Source of the DNA: Betaproteobacteria bacterium
GTDB taxonomy: Bacteria; Pseudomonadota; Gammaproteobacteria; Burkholderiales; Casimicrobiaceae
Length of the DNA: 64,000 nt
Assembly: GCA_031360485.1 (NCBI GenBank)
Contig: JANMBN010000052.1
Span: forward strand, 14,087 to 78,086
Direction of reading: 5' to 3'
Positions 26,094 through 34,080 of the stretch are shown here, one piece after another (position 1 is the stretch's first letter; the number at the start of each line of letters is the position of its first letter). The notes beneath the pieces are model-generated. The model saw nothing but the letters and a program-made list of their open reading frames with translations, was not told the DNA's origin and did not search any database. Made by a program: the position numbers and the translations under genes.

Positions 26094-26696
26094 ATGTGCG
26101 GCATGCGACGCGCCGTTCTCGCCGTCGTGGCGCTTGCCTTCATTGGCGCTCTGGGCGGCGCCCTGCCGGCGCACGCGCTCTCCGCCGACATGGCCGTCGC
26201 GGAATGCCCGCCACTGCTGAGGCACACGTTCAACCGGCTGCAGACCGGCAACCCGCAATCGTTGTGCGATTACCGGGGAAAGGTTCTGGTCATCGTCAAC
26301 ACGGCGAGCTACTGCGCCTACACCGCGCAATACGAGGGGCTGGAGGCGCTCTATCGCAAGTACAGGGATCGCGGCCTGGTCGTGGTCGGCTTCCCGTCGA
26401 ACGACTACGGTTCGCAGGAGCCGGGCTCGAACAAGGAGATCGCGGAGTTCTGCCGCACGACTTACGGCGTGGATTTTCCGATGTTCGAGAAATCGAACGT
26501 CGCGCGGCTCGATGCGCATCCGCTCTATTCGACACTCGCCGCCGCGACCGGGCAGAAACCGCGGTGGAATTTCCACAAATACGTGGTCGACCGCAGCGGC
26601 AGGGCAATCCTGAGCTTCGCGAGCGACGTGACGCCGAATCAACGCGAATTTGTCGCCTCGATCGAGCGGCTGCTCGCCGAAAAACCGGCGCCGTGA
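26094..26696 (+). CDS. glutathione peroxidase, periplasmic (signal peptide)
   Basis: VNTASYCAYTAQY (peroxidatic Cys), GFPSNDYGSQEPG and WNFHKYVV motifs. N-terminal signal MCGMRRAVLAVVALAFIGALGGALPAHA. Confidence 0.85.
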   Translation: MCGMRRAVLAVVALAFIGALGGALPAHALSADMAVAECPPLLRHTFNRLQTGNPQSLCDYRGKVLVIVNTASYCAYTAQYEGLEALYRKYRDRGLVVVGFPSNDYGSQEPGSNKEIAEFCRTTYGVDFPMFEKSNVARLDAHPLYSTLAAATGQKPRWNFHKYVVDRSGRAILSFASDVTPNQREFVASIERLLAEKPAP

Positions 26697-26775
26697 ACAC
26701 CGCGGTTCCGTCCGGGATCGCCGAACGCCGCCCAACGCGCGCCATCGCGCCACTCGCCGTACGCGGCCGGATCGC

Positions 26776-26781
26776 CTATAA
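26776..26781 (+). promoter_or_regulatory. TATAAT -10 box for the tRNA gene
   Basis: Perfect TATAAT ends 11 nt before the tRNA 5' end and is followed by a GC-rich discriminator (CCGGCCCC). No convincing -35 box. Confidence 0.45.
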
Positions 26782-26792
26782 TCCGGCCCCTT

Positions 26793-26869
26793 GGCGAACT
26801 AGCTCAGCTGGTTAGAGCAGAGGAATCATAATCCTTTGGTCCGGGGTTCGAGTCCCTGGTTCGCCACCA
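26793..26869 (+). tRNA. tRNA with CAT anticodon (elongator Met or lysidine-modified Ile2; not distinguishable by eye)
   Basis: I folded the cloverleaf by hand. Acceptor GGCGAAC/GTTCGCC, D stem GCTC/GAGC, anticodon stem GAGGA/TCCTT with loop ATCATAA, variable loop TGGTC, T arm CGGGG-TTCGAGT-CCCTG, encoded CCA. 77 nt. Confidence 0.9.
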
Positions 26870-26870
26870 A
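26823..26870 (+). repeat. 48-bp direct repeat, left copy (3' part of the tRNA; attL-like)
   Basis: GAATCATAATCCTTTGGTCCGGGGTTCGAGTCCCTGGTTCGCCACCAA is identical to 27764..27811. Confidence 0.9.
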
Positions 26871-26880
26871 TACTTACCGA

Positions 26881-26904
26881 ACGGCCGCGATGCGCGGCCG
26901 TTTT
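26881..26904 (+). terminator. rho-independent terminator after the tRNA
   Basis: ACGGCCGCG-ATG-CGCGGCCGT forms a 9-bp GC stem and is followed by TTTT. Confidence 0.6.
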
Positions 26905-26939
26905 AGTTCGGGGTCGAATGTCACTCGCCACAATTGGTG

Positions 26940-26956
26940 TGCTATCATTGATAGCA
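26940..26956. promoter_or_regulatory. perfect 17-bp palindrome, likely TA autoregulatory operator
   Basis: TGCTATCATTGATAGCA (8-1-8) lies 28 nt upstream of the antitoxin ATG, next to AGGAGG/GAGGG RBS-like sequences. Confidence 0.55.
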
Positions 26957-26984
26957 TGCTTTAGGAGGCGTCGCAGAGGGCGTT

Positions 26985-27221
26985 ATGGCAAATCTGATTG
27001 TACGTGGCATTGAAGAGTCGATCGTAAGAGAGCTTAAACAGCGGGCTGCAAAACATGGTCGCAGCGCAGAAGCAGAACATCGTGAGATCTTGGCCAGCGC
27101 CTTGCGCAAGCCACGAAAGCGGAAGCTCGCCGACGCATTAGCTGCGATTCCCGACGTCGGAAAGGACGAGGACTTTGCTCGCATCGAGGATGCTGCCGAG
27201 GCAAAGCGTGTACCTGGTTGA
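26985..27221 (+). CDS. vapB: ribbon-helix-helix antitoxin (FitA/VapB-like)
   Basis: MANLIVRGIEESIVRELKQRAAKHGRSAEAEHREILASAL is the Arc/FitA-type RHH N-terminus. 78 aa. Overlaps the toxin gene by 14 nt. Confidence 0.8.
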   Translation: MANLIVRGIEESIVRELKQRAAKHGRSAEAEHREILASALRKPRKRKLADALAAIPDVGKDEDFARIEDAAEAKRVPG

Positions 27222-27633
27222 TACTGACGTCATCAGCCAACTGCGCAAGAAGGAAAAGGCGAACCGTGGCGTGGTCGCATTCTTCGATGAGGTTGCTCGG
27301 AGCGACGCGCCGCTGTTTCTAGCGGCCGTCACAATCGGTGAACTGCGACGGGGCGTAGAACTCATCCGGCATCGAGGCGATGGCCGGCAGGCGGCACTAC
27401 TCGAACGCTGGCTTGGCAAGCTCCTTGTCGATTTCAGCGACAACGTACTGCCGTTTGACTCCGACATAGCTCAATTGTGGGGTCGTTTGCGCGTGCCGCA
27501 TCCAGAGAACCCGCTCGATAAGCAAGTCGCTGCCACGGCATTGATCCATGATCTGGTCTTGGTCACGCGCAATGTCAAGCACTTTACTGGTACGGGTGTG
27601 AAGATCATTAATCCGTTCGTGCCGAAAGAATAG
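27208..27633 (+). CDS. vapC: PIN-domain ribonuclease toxin (VapC/FitB-like)
   Basis: GTG start gives VYLVDTDVISQLRK (first PIN Asp). Later acidic residues (TIGELRRG, PFDSD) and the C-terminal LVLVTRNVKHF motif fit the PIN fold. Confidence 0.85.
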   Translation: MYLVDTDVISQLRKKEKANRGVVAFFDEVARSDAPLFLAAVTIGELRRGVELIRHRGDGRQAALLERWLGKLLVDFSDNVLPFDSDIAQLWGRLRVPHPENPLDKQVAATALIHDLVLVTRNVKHFTGTGVKIINPFVPKE

Positions 27634-27763
27634 AGTTCAACCGAGCGGCGTTCCGCAATTCCGGGACGTATCGCACGCCGAACAGCTTTGAAATCTGGCG
27701 AAATCACGCTAATTGCGGAACGCTTTGCAACTTAACTAACTGAAACACTGGTAATTTGCGCAA

Positions 27764-27811
27764 GAATCATAATCCTTTGGTCCGGGGTTCGAGTCCCTGG
27801 TTCGCCACCAA
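27764..27811 (+). repeat. 48-bp direct repeat, right copy (orphan tRNA 3' fragment; attR-like)
   Basis: Identical to 26823..26870. Lacks the 5' two-thirds of the tRNA. Confidence 0.9.
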
Positions 27812-27932
27812 ATAAACAAGTGGTTACGAATTCTCGTGGCCTCTTCCCTCCCGCGGGAAACGGGCGGGACAGCGCGGGGACGAAAGCGCGCACCGGCGCC
27901 CCCATTTTCCGCTCTGCCGTTCTGACCGACTG

Positions 27933-29162
27933 ATGCCCGGTCGGGACGCCCTCGCCGCCACCCTCGTGCCGCTGGCGATCCCCGCGCTCATACTCGCCGC
28001 GATTCTGTTTGCCGCGTGGCCCGGTTACCTGAGCTTCGATTCCGCGGTCCAGTTCTGGCAGGCGCGATCGGATCGGTATCTCGACATCGCCCCACCGCTG
28101 TTTCCGTGGATATGGCATCAAAGCCTGCGCTTCTTCGATGGCACGCGCGGCATGCTCGCGTTGTTCGCTGCGCTTTTCTTCGCCGCGTTTTCGCTGCTGG
28201 TGCTAGGTGCCGAAGGCGCCCGACGAAAGTGGCTGATCGCGATTGCGGCTCCCCTGTGTCCGCCTCTGGTTCTGCTGTTGCCGCATCTTTGGACCGATGT
28301 GCTGCTCGCCGCGTGCCTGTTGCTGGCGTTTGCCCTGATCGAATCAAACGCGAATCGCAAGGAGACCCATCCTGGAACGGCGGTTCATGCGCTCGCTGGC
28401 TTGCCGATACTGGTGTTGCTGTTCGCGGCGGTGGCCGTCAGGCACAACGGGGTCCTGGCGGTGCTGCCGATCATCGTGCTTTGGCTCTGGCGGCTGGCGC
28501 CGGGACTGTCGCGGCCGAACCGGCTATTGGCCAGCGGGCTGGTGCTGGTGTTGCTCGCCGGCGCGGGCGCCGCGTTTCGGTATCGCGTCGTCGAGCGATC
28601 GCTCGATACCTGGGCGGTCAGCCTGTTGTTCGACCTGCAGGCGGTCAGCGTCGCCACCAAGACGCAGCGCATTCCGCAGGATCTGGTCGGCCCCGGGATG
28701 ACGCCGGCCGAGCTGGAGCAGGCTTTCCATCCCTTTTCCGCAACGCGCCTTTTCGCCGAAACCCGAGCGGGGGTCGCCGACCCGACCATAGCCCCATTGA
28801 CTGCCGACCAAGCGCAAGCGTTGCGCAAGGCGTGGCTCGCCTCGTGGTCCGAGCCTTCGTTCTGGACACATCGCTGGCGCCTGTTCGCCGCCTTGCTCGG
28901 CCCGCATCAAGACGTAACCTTGCGACCCCTGGCCGATCCATCCGAGCTGTACCAGTACCGCGACAATCCCCCGCTGACCCACCCGCACCCGCTCGCACAC
29001 CAACGCTATCGCGACCTGATCGATCTGGCCTATCGCACACCGATCTTTTCCGTCGGCTTGATCTTGTTGGCGGGCAGCCTTGCTTTTGTCTGGCGATGGC
29101 GAACGCGCACGTTTCAGGAGATGGCGCCGTCCGCAGCCCTGCTGACCAGTGCACTGCTCTAG
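27933..29162 (+). CDS. polytopic membrane protein (glycosyltransferase-39/ArnT-like topology), possibly truncated by TAG 29160..29162
   Basis: About 8 N-terminal TM helices, a soluble middle region and a further TM helix. The frame after the TAG continues for 36 codons with 83% G/C third positions, encoding SLPYLLIAPSAELRYVLWPGLAGWLVLLGVGCRRDR up to TGA 29271..29273. Confidence 0.6.
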   Translation: MPGRDALAATLVPLAIPALILAAILFAAWPGYLSFDSAVQFWQARSDRYLDIAPPLFPWIWHQSLRFFDGTRGMLALFAALFFAAFSLLVLGAEGARRKWLIAIAAPLCPPLVLLLPHLWTDVLLAACLLLAFALIESNANRKETHPGTAVHALAGLPILVLLFAAVAVRHNGVLAVLPIIVLWLWRLAPGLSRPNRLLASGLVLVLLAGAGAAFRYRVVERSLDTWAVSLLFDLQAVSVATKTQRIPQDLVGPGMTPAELEQAFHPFSATRLFAETRAGVADPTIAPLTADQAQALRKAWLASWSEPSFWTHRWRLFAALLGPHQDVTLRPLADPSELYQYRDNPPLTHPHPLAHQRYRDLIDLAYRTPIFSVGLILLAGSLAFVWRWRTRTFQEMAPSAALLTSALL

Positions 29163-29375
29163 TCGTTGCCCTATCTGCTGATCGCGCCGTCCGCCGAGCT
29201 GCGGTATGTGCTGTGGCCCGGTCTCGCGGGGTGGCTGGTGTTGCTGGGCGTCGGCTGTCGACGGGATCGCTGATCCGGCGCCGACGAGCCGCGTCCCGAT
29301 GGCAGCGCTTGAGACCCGGCGCAGGCCGAAGCGCCGCATTTGCACTATCATGCGAACGGTTTGCCGCCCGCCGCC

Positions 29376-29960
29376 ATGGCTTCCACCGATTTCTCCCGCG
29401 ACCTCGACCAGCACCGCGGCTACCTGCTGCGCGTCGCGCGCCTGCAATTGCGCGACGAGGCGCTCGCCGAGGATGTCGTCCAGGAGACGCTGCTCGCCGC
29501 GCTGTCCGGCAGCGGCTTCTCGGGCAAATCGAGCCTTCGCACCTGGCTTACCGGCATCCTCAAGCACAAGGTCGTCGACGCGATTCGGAAGAAGCAGCGC
29601 GAGCCCGTCGCGGCCGCCGCCTTCGGGGACCTCGAGTCCGAGGTGGACATCGAGGATTTCGACGGCATGTTCAAGGACAACGGGGCGTGGGACGCGCGGC
29701 CCGCGGACTGGGGCGATCCCGCAGCCGCCCTCGACCGCCGGCAATTCTTCGACATGATGGATTTCTGCCTCGAAAAGCTGCCCCCCAACACCGCCCGGGC
29801 GTTCATGATGCGCGAGGTCATGGAGCTCGAAACCGACGAAATCTGTAAGGAATTGACCATCACGGCGAATAACCTGTGGGTCATCCTGTACCGGGCCCGG
29901 ATGTCGTTGCGCCAGTGCCTCGAGCAGCACTGGTTCGCCGGCACGCGCGCATCGACATGA
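29376..29960 (+). CDS. ECF-type RNA polymerase sigma factor
   Basis: Region 2 (YLLRVARLQLRDEALAEDVVQETLLAAL) and region 4 HTH (LPPNTARAFMMREVMELETDEICKELTITANNLWVILYRARMSLRQCL), with an unusually long acidic linker between them. Confidence 0.85.
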   Translation: MASTDFSRDLDQHRGYLLRVARLQLRDEALAEDVVQETLLAALSGSGFSGKSSLRTWLTGILKHKVVDAIRKKQREPVAAAAFGDLESEVDIEDFDGMFKDNGAWDARPADWGDPAAALDRRQFFDMMDFCLEKLPPNTARAFMMREVMELETDEICKELTITANNLWVILYRARMSLRQCLEQHWFAGTRAST

Positions 29961-29994
29961 CCGCCACCCACAACCTTTTGCGACACCGCGACCG

Positions 29995-30189
29995 ATGATC
30001 CGCAAAGCGCTCGGCCATGTGATTTCCTGCAAGGACGCGTCGCGGCTGGTCTCCCTCCAGGAGGACGCGCAGCTCACGTTCTGGCAGCGCCTGACGTTGC
30101 GCCTCCACCTCGCCGTCTGCGACGCCTGCGCGCGCTTCGAGCGGCAGATCCACTTTCTGCGGACGGCGATGCAGAGGTACCGGAACTAG
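29995..30189 (+). CDS. small zinc-finger (zf-HC2) anti-sigma factor
   Basis: 64 aa with H-x3-C-x2-C (HLAVCDAC). Lies 35 nt downstream of the sigma gene. No TM segment. Confidence 0.65.
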   Translation: MIRKALGHVISCKDASRLVSLQEDAQLTFWQRLTLRLHLAVCDACARFERQIHFLRTAMQRYRN

Positions 30190-30294
30190 TCGGCCGAGCC
30201 AGAAATTCGCTCGATCGTTCGCGGCGAAACGGGCGACCGACAGCGCGCGGATTCGCGGGCCGCGATTCAAGATGCGCAGCCGGTCAAGGTATCA

Positions 30295-30507
30295 TTGCCG
30301 GCGATGCTGCTCATGGTCAACGGTAGTCCACGCACGTTCGATTCGCCGGTCCGGACGGTCGCCGACGTCATCCGCGAGCTTGCGCTCGAAGGCAAGCGGA
30401 TCGCCGTCGAAAGAAACGGCGAAATCGTGCCGCGAAGCCTTTACGCGGAGACCGCGGTCGACCGCGGCGACCGGCTCGAAATAGTCGGCGCGGTAGGCGG
30501 CGGCTAG
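30295..30507 (+). CDS. thiS: sulfur-carrier protein ThiS
   Basis: About 70 aa ending ...[10 protein letters not shown] (C-terminal Gly-Gly). Directly upstream of thiG. Confidence 0.8.
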   Translation: MPAMLLMVNGSPRTFDSPVRTVADVIRELALEGKRIAVERNGEIVPRSLYAETAVDRGDRLEIVGAVGGG

Positions 30508-30554
30508 GGCTCCTCCTGCTCCCAAACTCGCGCCGCGAGCGTAAAATCGCCTCG

Positions 30555-31367
30555 ATGAACGCCCCGCACGAACCTTCGCCCGCGCTCGTCGATCCGCTGC
30601 TCGTCGCGGGCCGCGCCTACCGGTCACGCCTGCTCGTCGGCACCGGCAAATACAAGGACTTCGCCGAGACGCGCGAGGCGGTCGTCGCGTCGGGTGCCGA
30701 GATCGTGACGGTGGCGATCCGCAGGACGAATATCGGCCAGGACCCGAACGCGCCTTCGCTCCTCGACGCGCTGCCGCCGTCCGAGTTCACCTACCTGCCC
30801 AATACCGCCGGCTGCTACACCGCCGACGACGCCGTGCGCACGCTCAGGCTCGCGCGCGAACTGCTGGACGGCCACACGCTGGTCAAGCTGGAGGTGCTCG
30901 GCGATCCGCAAACGCTGTTCCCGAACGTCCGCGCGACGATCGCGGCCGCCGAGACGCTCGTGAAGGATGGGTTCCAGGTGATGGTGTACACGTCGGACGA
31001 CCCGATCATCGCGCGCGAGCTCGAAGCGATCGGCTGCGTGGCGATCATGCCGCTCGCTTCGCTGATCGGTTCGGGGATGGGCATCCTCAACCCGTGGAAT
31101 CTGAAGCTCATCATCGATGCGGCGAAGGTGCCTGTCCTGGTCGACGCGGGCGTCGGCACGGCCTCCGACGCCGCGATCGCGATGGAGCTTGGCTGCGCAG
31201 GCGTGCTGATGAACACGGCGCTCGCGGCGGCGCGCGACCCCGTCCGGATGGCGCGGGCGATGAAACTCGCCGTCGAGGCGGGGCGCGAGGCGTTTCTCGC
31301 CGGGCGGATGCCGCGCAAGTTCTACGCCGCGAGCCCGAGCTCGCCGACGACCGGTCTCGTCGGCTGA
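30555..31367 (+). CDS. thiG: thiazole synthase
   Basis: [16 protein letters not shown] and [15 protein letters not shown] motifs. Confidence 0.9.
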   Translation: MNAPHEPSPALVDPLLVAGRAYRSRLLVGTGKYKDFAETREAVVASGAEIVTVAIRRTNIGQDPNAPSLLDALPPSEFTYLPNTAGCYTADDAVRTLRLARELLDGHTLVKLEVLGDPQTLFPNVRATIAAAETLVKDGFQVMVYTSDDPIIARELEAIGCVAIMPLASLIGSGMGILNPWNLKLIIDAAKVPVLVDAGVGTASDAAIAMELGCAGVLMNTALAAARDPVRMARAMKLAVEAGREAFLAGRMPRKFYAASPSSPTTGLVG

Positions 31368-31378
31368 CCCGGGCGGGG

Positions 31379-32032
31379 ATGCAACCGCCGCGAGTCACGC
31401 TTGCCCTCGTCGCCCTGCTGGCGGCAGCGGCGCAAGCCGTCCCGCTCACCCCGGAGGAGCTGAAAAAGGTCTGCGCGCAGGCGGAGGACTCGCCGCACTG
31501 CGGCCGCCTCGTCGAAGAAGTGCAGCTGGGCCGGTTGCCGAGCCTCGCGGCGCGCGATGGAGCCGCCCTCAAGGTATCGCTGTTTCCATCGGGCACCGCA
31601 ACCTTCACGGACACGGAGGCATTGAACGGCGGCCGCTCGTACAGCCTGTGGGACTACATCGGCGAGATCAATGCGGTCGTCCTCTACACGTCCGACGGCG
31701 ACGACGTCACGTTCACGCTGCTACAGCGCGCGACCGGCCGCAAGATCGAGCTGCCGGCCGAACCGAGACTTTCGCCGGACCGGGCGAGGCTCGTCACCGC
31801 GGACTTCTGCGAAGCGCGTTGCGTCAACGAACTCGCCGTGTGGCGGGTGACCCGCGAAGGGATTCGCAAGGAGTCGACGTGGAAATCCCCGGAGCCGTGG
31901 TCCGACGCGGTTGCGGAGTGGAAGACCGCGGACACCGTCACGATCGACTACACGGTCGCGGGCGCGCAAACCCGTTCGCGCCTCGAGCGCCGGCTTGCCG
32001 ATCCCGGCTGGGTCCGCGCGACCGCACCGTGA
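31379..32032 (+). CDS. exported hypothetical protein
   Basis: Signal peptide [20 protein letters not shown], coding-like G/C-rich third positions and two Cys pairs. No family recognised. Confidence 0.55.
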   Translation: MQPPRVTLALVALLAAAAQAVPLTPEELKKVCAQAEDSPHCGRLVEEVQLGRLPSLAARDGAALKVSLFPSGTATFTDTEALNGGRSYSLWDYIGEINAVVLYTSDGDDVTFTLLQRATGRKIELPAEPRLSPDRARLVTADFCEARCVNELAVWRVTREGIRKESTWKSPEPWSDAVAEWKTADTVTIDYTVAGAQTRSRLERRLADPGWVRATAP

Positions 32033-32069
32033 CGCGCGGTTCCGGCCGGCCGCCGATACGCGTTCCCGC

Positions 32070-32780
32070 ATGAATCCCGACCGGCTCCCGGCCGCCATCG
32101 CGCGGCCGCACCGCCCGGTGCGCAGCTACGTGCTGCGCCAGGGGCGCCTGTCCCCCGGCCAACGGCGTGCGCTCGACGCGCTGATGCCGACTTTCGGAAT
32201 TCCGTTTGCACCGGCGCCGCTCGATTTCGACCGCGCGTTTGGCCGCACGGCACCGCGCATCCTCGAGATCGGCTTCGGGATGGGGGAGACCACCGCGGCG
32301 ATCGCCAGCGCGCGCCCTGCCGACGATTTTCTTGCCGTCGACGTGCATTCGCCCGGCGTGGGCAGCCTGTTGCGGCGCATCGCCGAACTGGGTCTCGGCA
32401 ACCTCCGCGTGGTCCGGCACGACGCGGTCGAATTCGTGGCGGCGATGGTCCCGCCCGCGTCGCTCGCAGGAATCCACGTCTTCTTCCCCGACCCATGGCC
32501 GAAGAAACGTCACCACAAGCGTCGTCTGCTGCAGCCCGCGTTCGTGCACGAGCTCGCGCTGCGGCTCGCACCCGGCGGCTACCTGCATGTCGCGACGGAC
32601 TGGGAAGAGTACGCGCGCGAGATTCTCGCCGCGCTCGCGGCGGAAGCGCTGCTCGCCAATACCGCCGAGGGCTTCGCGCCGCGACCTCCCTACCGCCCGC
32701 TGACGAAGTTCGAGGCGCGCGGGGTCAAGCTGGGGCACGGCGTTTGGGACCTGGTCTTTCGAAGGCGCCCGTCGGCTTGA
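32070..32780 (+). CDS. trmB: tRNA (guanine-N7)-methyltransferase
   Basis: [12 protein letters not shown] motif and the hallmark [15 protein letters not shown]. Confidence 0.9.
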   Translation: MNPDRLPAAIARPHRPVRSYVLRQGRLSPGQRRALDALMPTFGIPFAPAPLDFDRAFGRTAPRILEIGFGMGETTAAIASARPADDFLAVDVHSPGVGSLLRRIAELGLGNLRVVRHDAVEFVAAMVPPASLAGIHVFFPDPWPKKRHHKRRLLQPAFVHELALRLAPGGYLHVATDWEEYAREILAALAAEALLANTAEGFAPRPPYRPLTKFEARGVKLGHGVWDLVFRRRPSA

Positions 32781-32911
32781 CGCGGGCATACGTTCCCGCA
32801 GGAGAGGCAACGGCGGCGATCGGGGCGATGGCTCGCCGATGCATCGCCGCGGCGCCGCCGGGAAGCGCGCAACGAACCGCGTGCCGATAACGGCGCTCCG
32901 GCGGGCGCCCG

Positions 32912-33976
32912 CTATTTGGTGAACACGATGATCCCGGTGGGACAGAGCTTCCGCTTCAGGCCCGGACCGATGGACTCGTCGAATTCGCGCACACACGCGA
33001 TGACCGGCTCGGGAACGGGTATCTCCCCGAGCCCGCTGTCGGACAGCAGGCTCCTGAACGCCGACTCGTAGATCCTGGTCAGGTCCGGTTGCCCCGGATG
33101 AATTTCGACTTTCGACATGCCGAGTTCATCGGCGAGCCGGATCAGATACGGTTCGTCGAAGACCCACTTGTCGTCCAGGCCCGGGGTCCACGGTTTCGCC
33201 GCCGGCGGACCCAGCCGGTACTGGATATCCAGCCGCATCGCTTTCATCAGACGCGCCAGCTCGCCGTCGCCTTGCCCCGAGTCCCCGAGAATCCGCAACA
33301 CGTTGGCGCACAGCATCGTCAGGACCATCGAACCCGACTCCAGCGGCTCGACGAGAATGATCTTTCCGCCCCGCTTGAGGCTTCTCGCGACGTTCGACAA
33401 CGCGGCCCGCGGATCGAGCAGATGGTGGAGGATCGCCGCCCCGATGACCAGATCGAAGATCTCCGGCTTGAAGAAATTCCGATGGAGATCGAAGCAGAAC
33501 GACCTGACGCGTCCGCGCATTTCGGCGCGGGACTCGACGAAGGCGGCCAGCATGCCGAGGAGTTGCGGGGACAGGTCCGAGGCGAAGATTTCCGCCCGCG
33601 GCAGCAGCCGGAGCGCGGCGAATACGCTGCTTCCGCTGCCCGATCCGATGTCGAGGACCCGCATCTCGCGCTGCCGGCCGACGTCGGCCAAGGTCAGGCA
33701 GTAATCGACGAGTTCGACGAAATCGAGCCGGACCGAATAGCGCGCGTGGTACGTCTCGGCGTCGTCGGTGAACTGCTGCGTCACGCCGGCGGGCGACCAG
33801 CTCCTGTCGACGAACATCGGGCCGTCGCGAACGATCCTGACCCCGTGGTGCAGGAGCGCGTCGAATGTGGCATCGTGCCGGCGCGCGAACCGGTTGAGGA
33901 TCACCCGGTTGATACCTCGACCGTCGAACGAAGATCGAAGGGATCTGCCGAGACTGCGTATCCTGTGCATTCGCAT
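32912..33976 (-). CDS. class I SAM-dependent methyltransferase
   Basis: Motif I VLDIGSGSGSS and post-I DLSP. About 354 aa. Confidence 0.7.
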   Translation of the reverse strand: MRMHRIRSLGRSLRSSFDGRGINRVILNRFARRHDATFDALLHHGVRIVRDGPMFVDRSWSPAGVTQQFTDDAETYHARYSVRLDFVELVDYCLTLADVGRQREMRVLDIGSGSGSSVFAALRLLPRAEIFASDLSPQLLGMLAAFVESRAEMRGRVRSFCFDLHRNFFKPEIFDLVIGAAILHHLLDPRAALSNVARSLKRGGKIILVEPLESGSMVLTMLCANVLRILGDSGQGDGELARLMKAMRLDIQYRLGPPAAKPWTPGLDDKWVFDEPYLIRLADELGMSKVEIHPGQPDLTRIYESAFRSLLSDSGLGEIPVPEPVIACVREFDESIGPGLKRKLCPTGIIVFTK

Positions 33977-34080
33977 CCCGATACCTGCGTTTCCCGGATC
34001 CGTTTGGCGGCGGCAATACCCGCCGCACAGGGGGAGGCTACGCTCTCAACCGCCGCGCCAAACTCGGGGCGCTTCCACAC

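Larger units (their letters stand above)
26871..27811. mobile_element. degenerate tRNA-integrated islet carrying only a type II TA module (no integrase)
   Basis: Bounded by the 48-bp tRNA 3'-end duplication. Visibly more AT-rich than the flanking DNA. Contents are a VapB/FitA-VapC/FitB pair plus non-coding DNA. Confidence 0.6.

Noticed and set aside
3664-29273. TAG reassignment or global amber suppression as an explanation for the two premature in-frame TAG codons
   Set aside because: At least a dozen genes in this window end with TAG at family-typical C-termini. Examples are the ACBP, WS/DGAT, thiS, trpE, ybeD, vapC and MerR genes. TAG is therefore an ordinary stop here. Local mutation or error is more parsimonious, although a weak suppressor tRNA elsewhere cannot be excluded from this window.
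30190-30294. Expected TPP (THI-box) riboswitch upstream of thiS
   Set aside because: I could not find the conserved CUGAGA / ACCUGAUCUGGAUAAUGCCAGCG-type elements in the 105-nt leader. An Rfam scan would be decisive.
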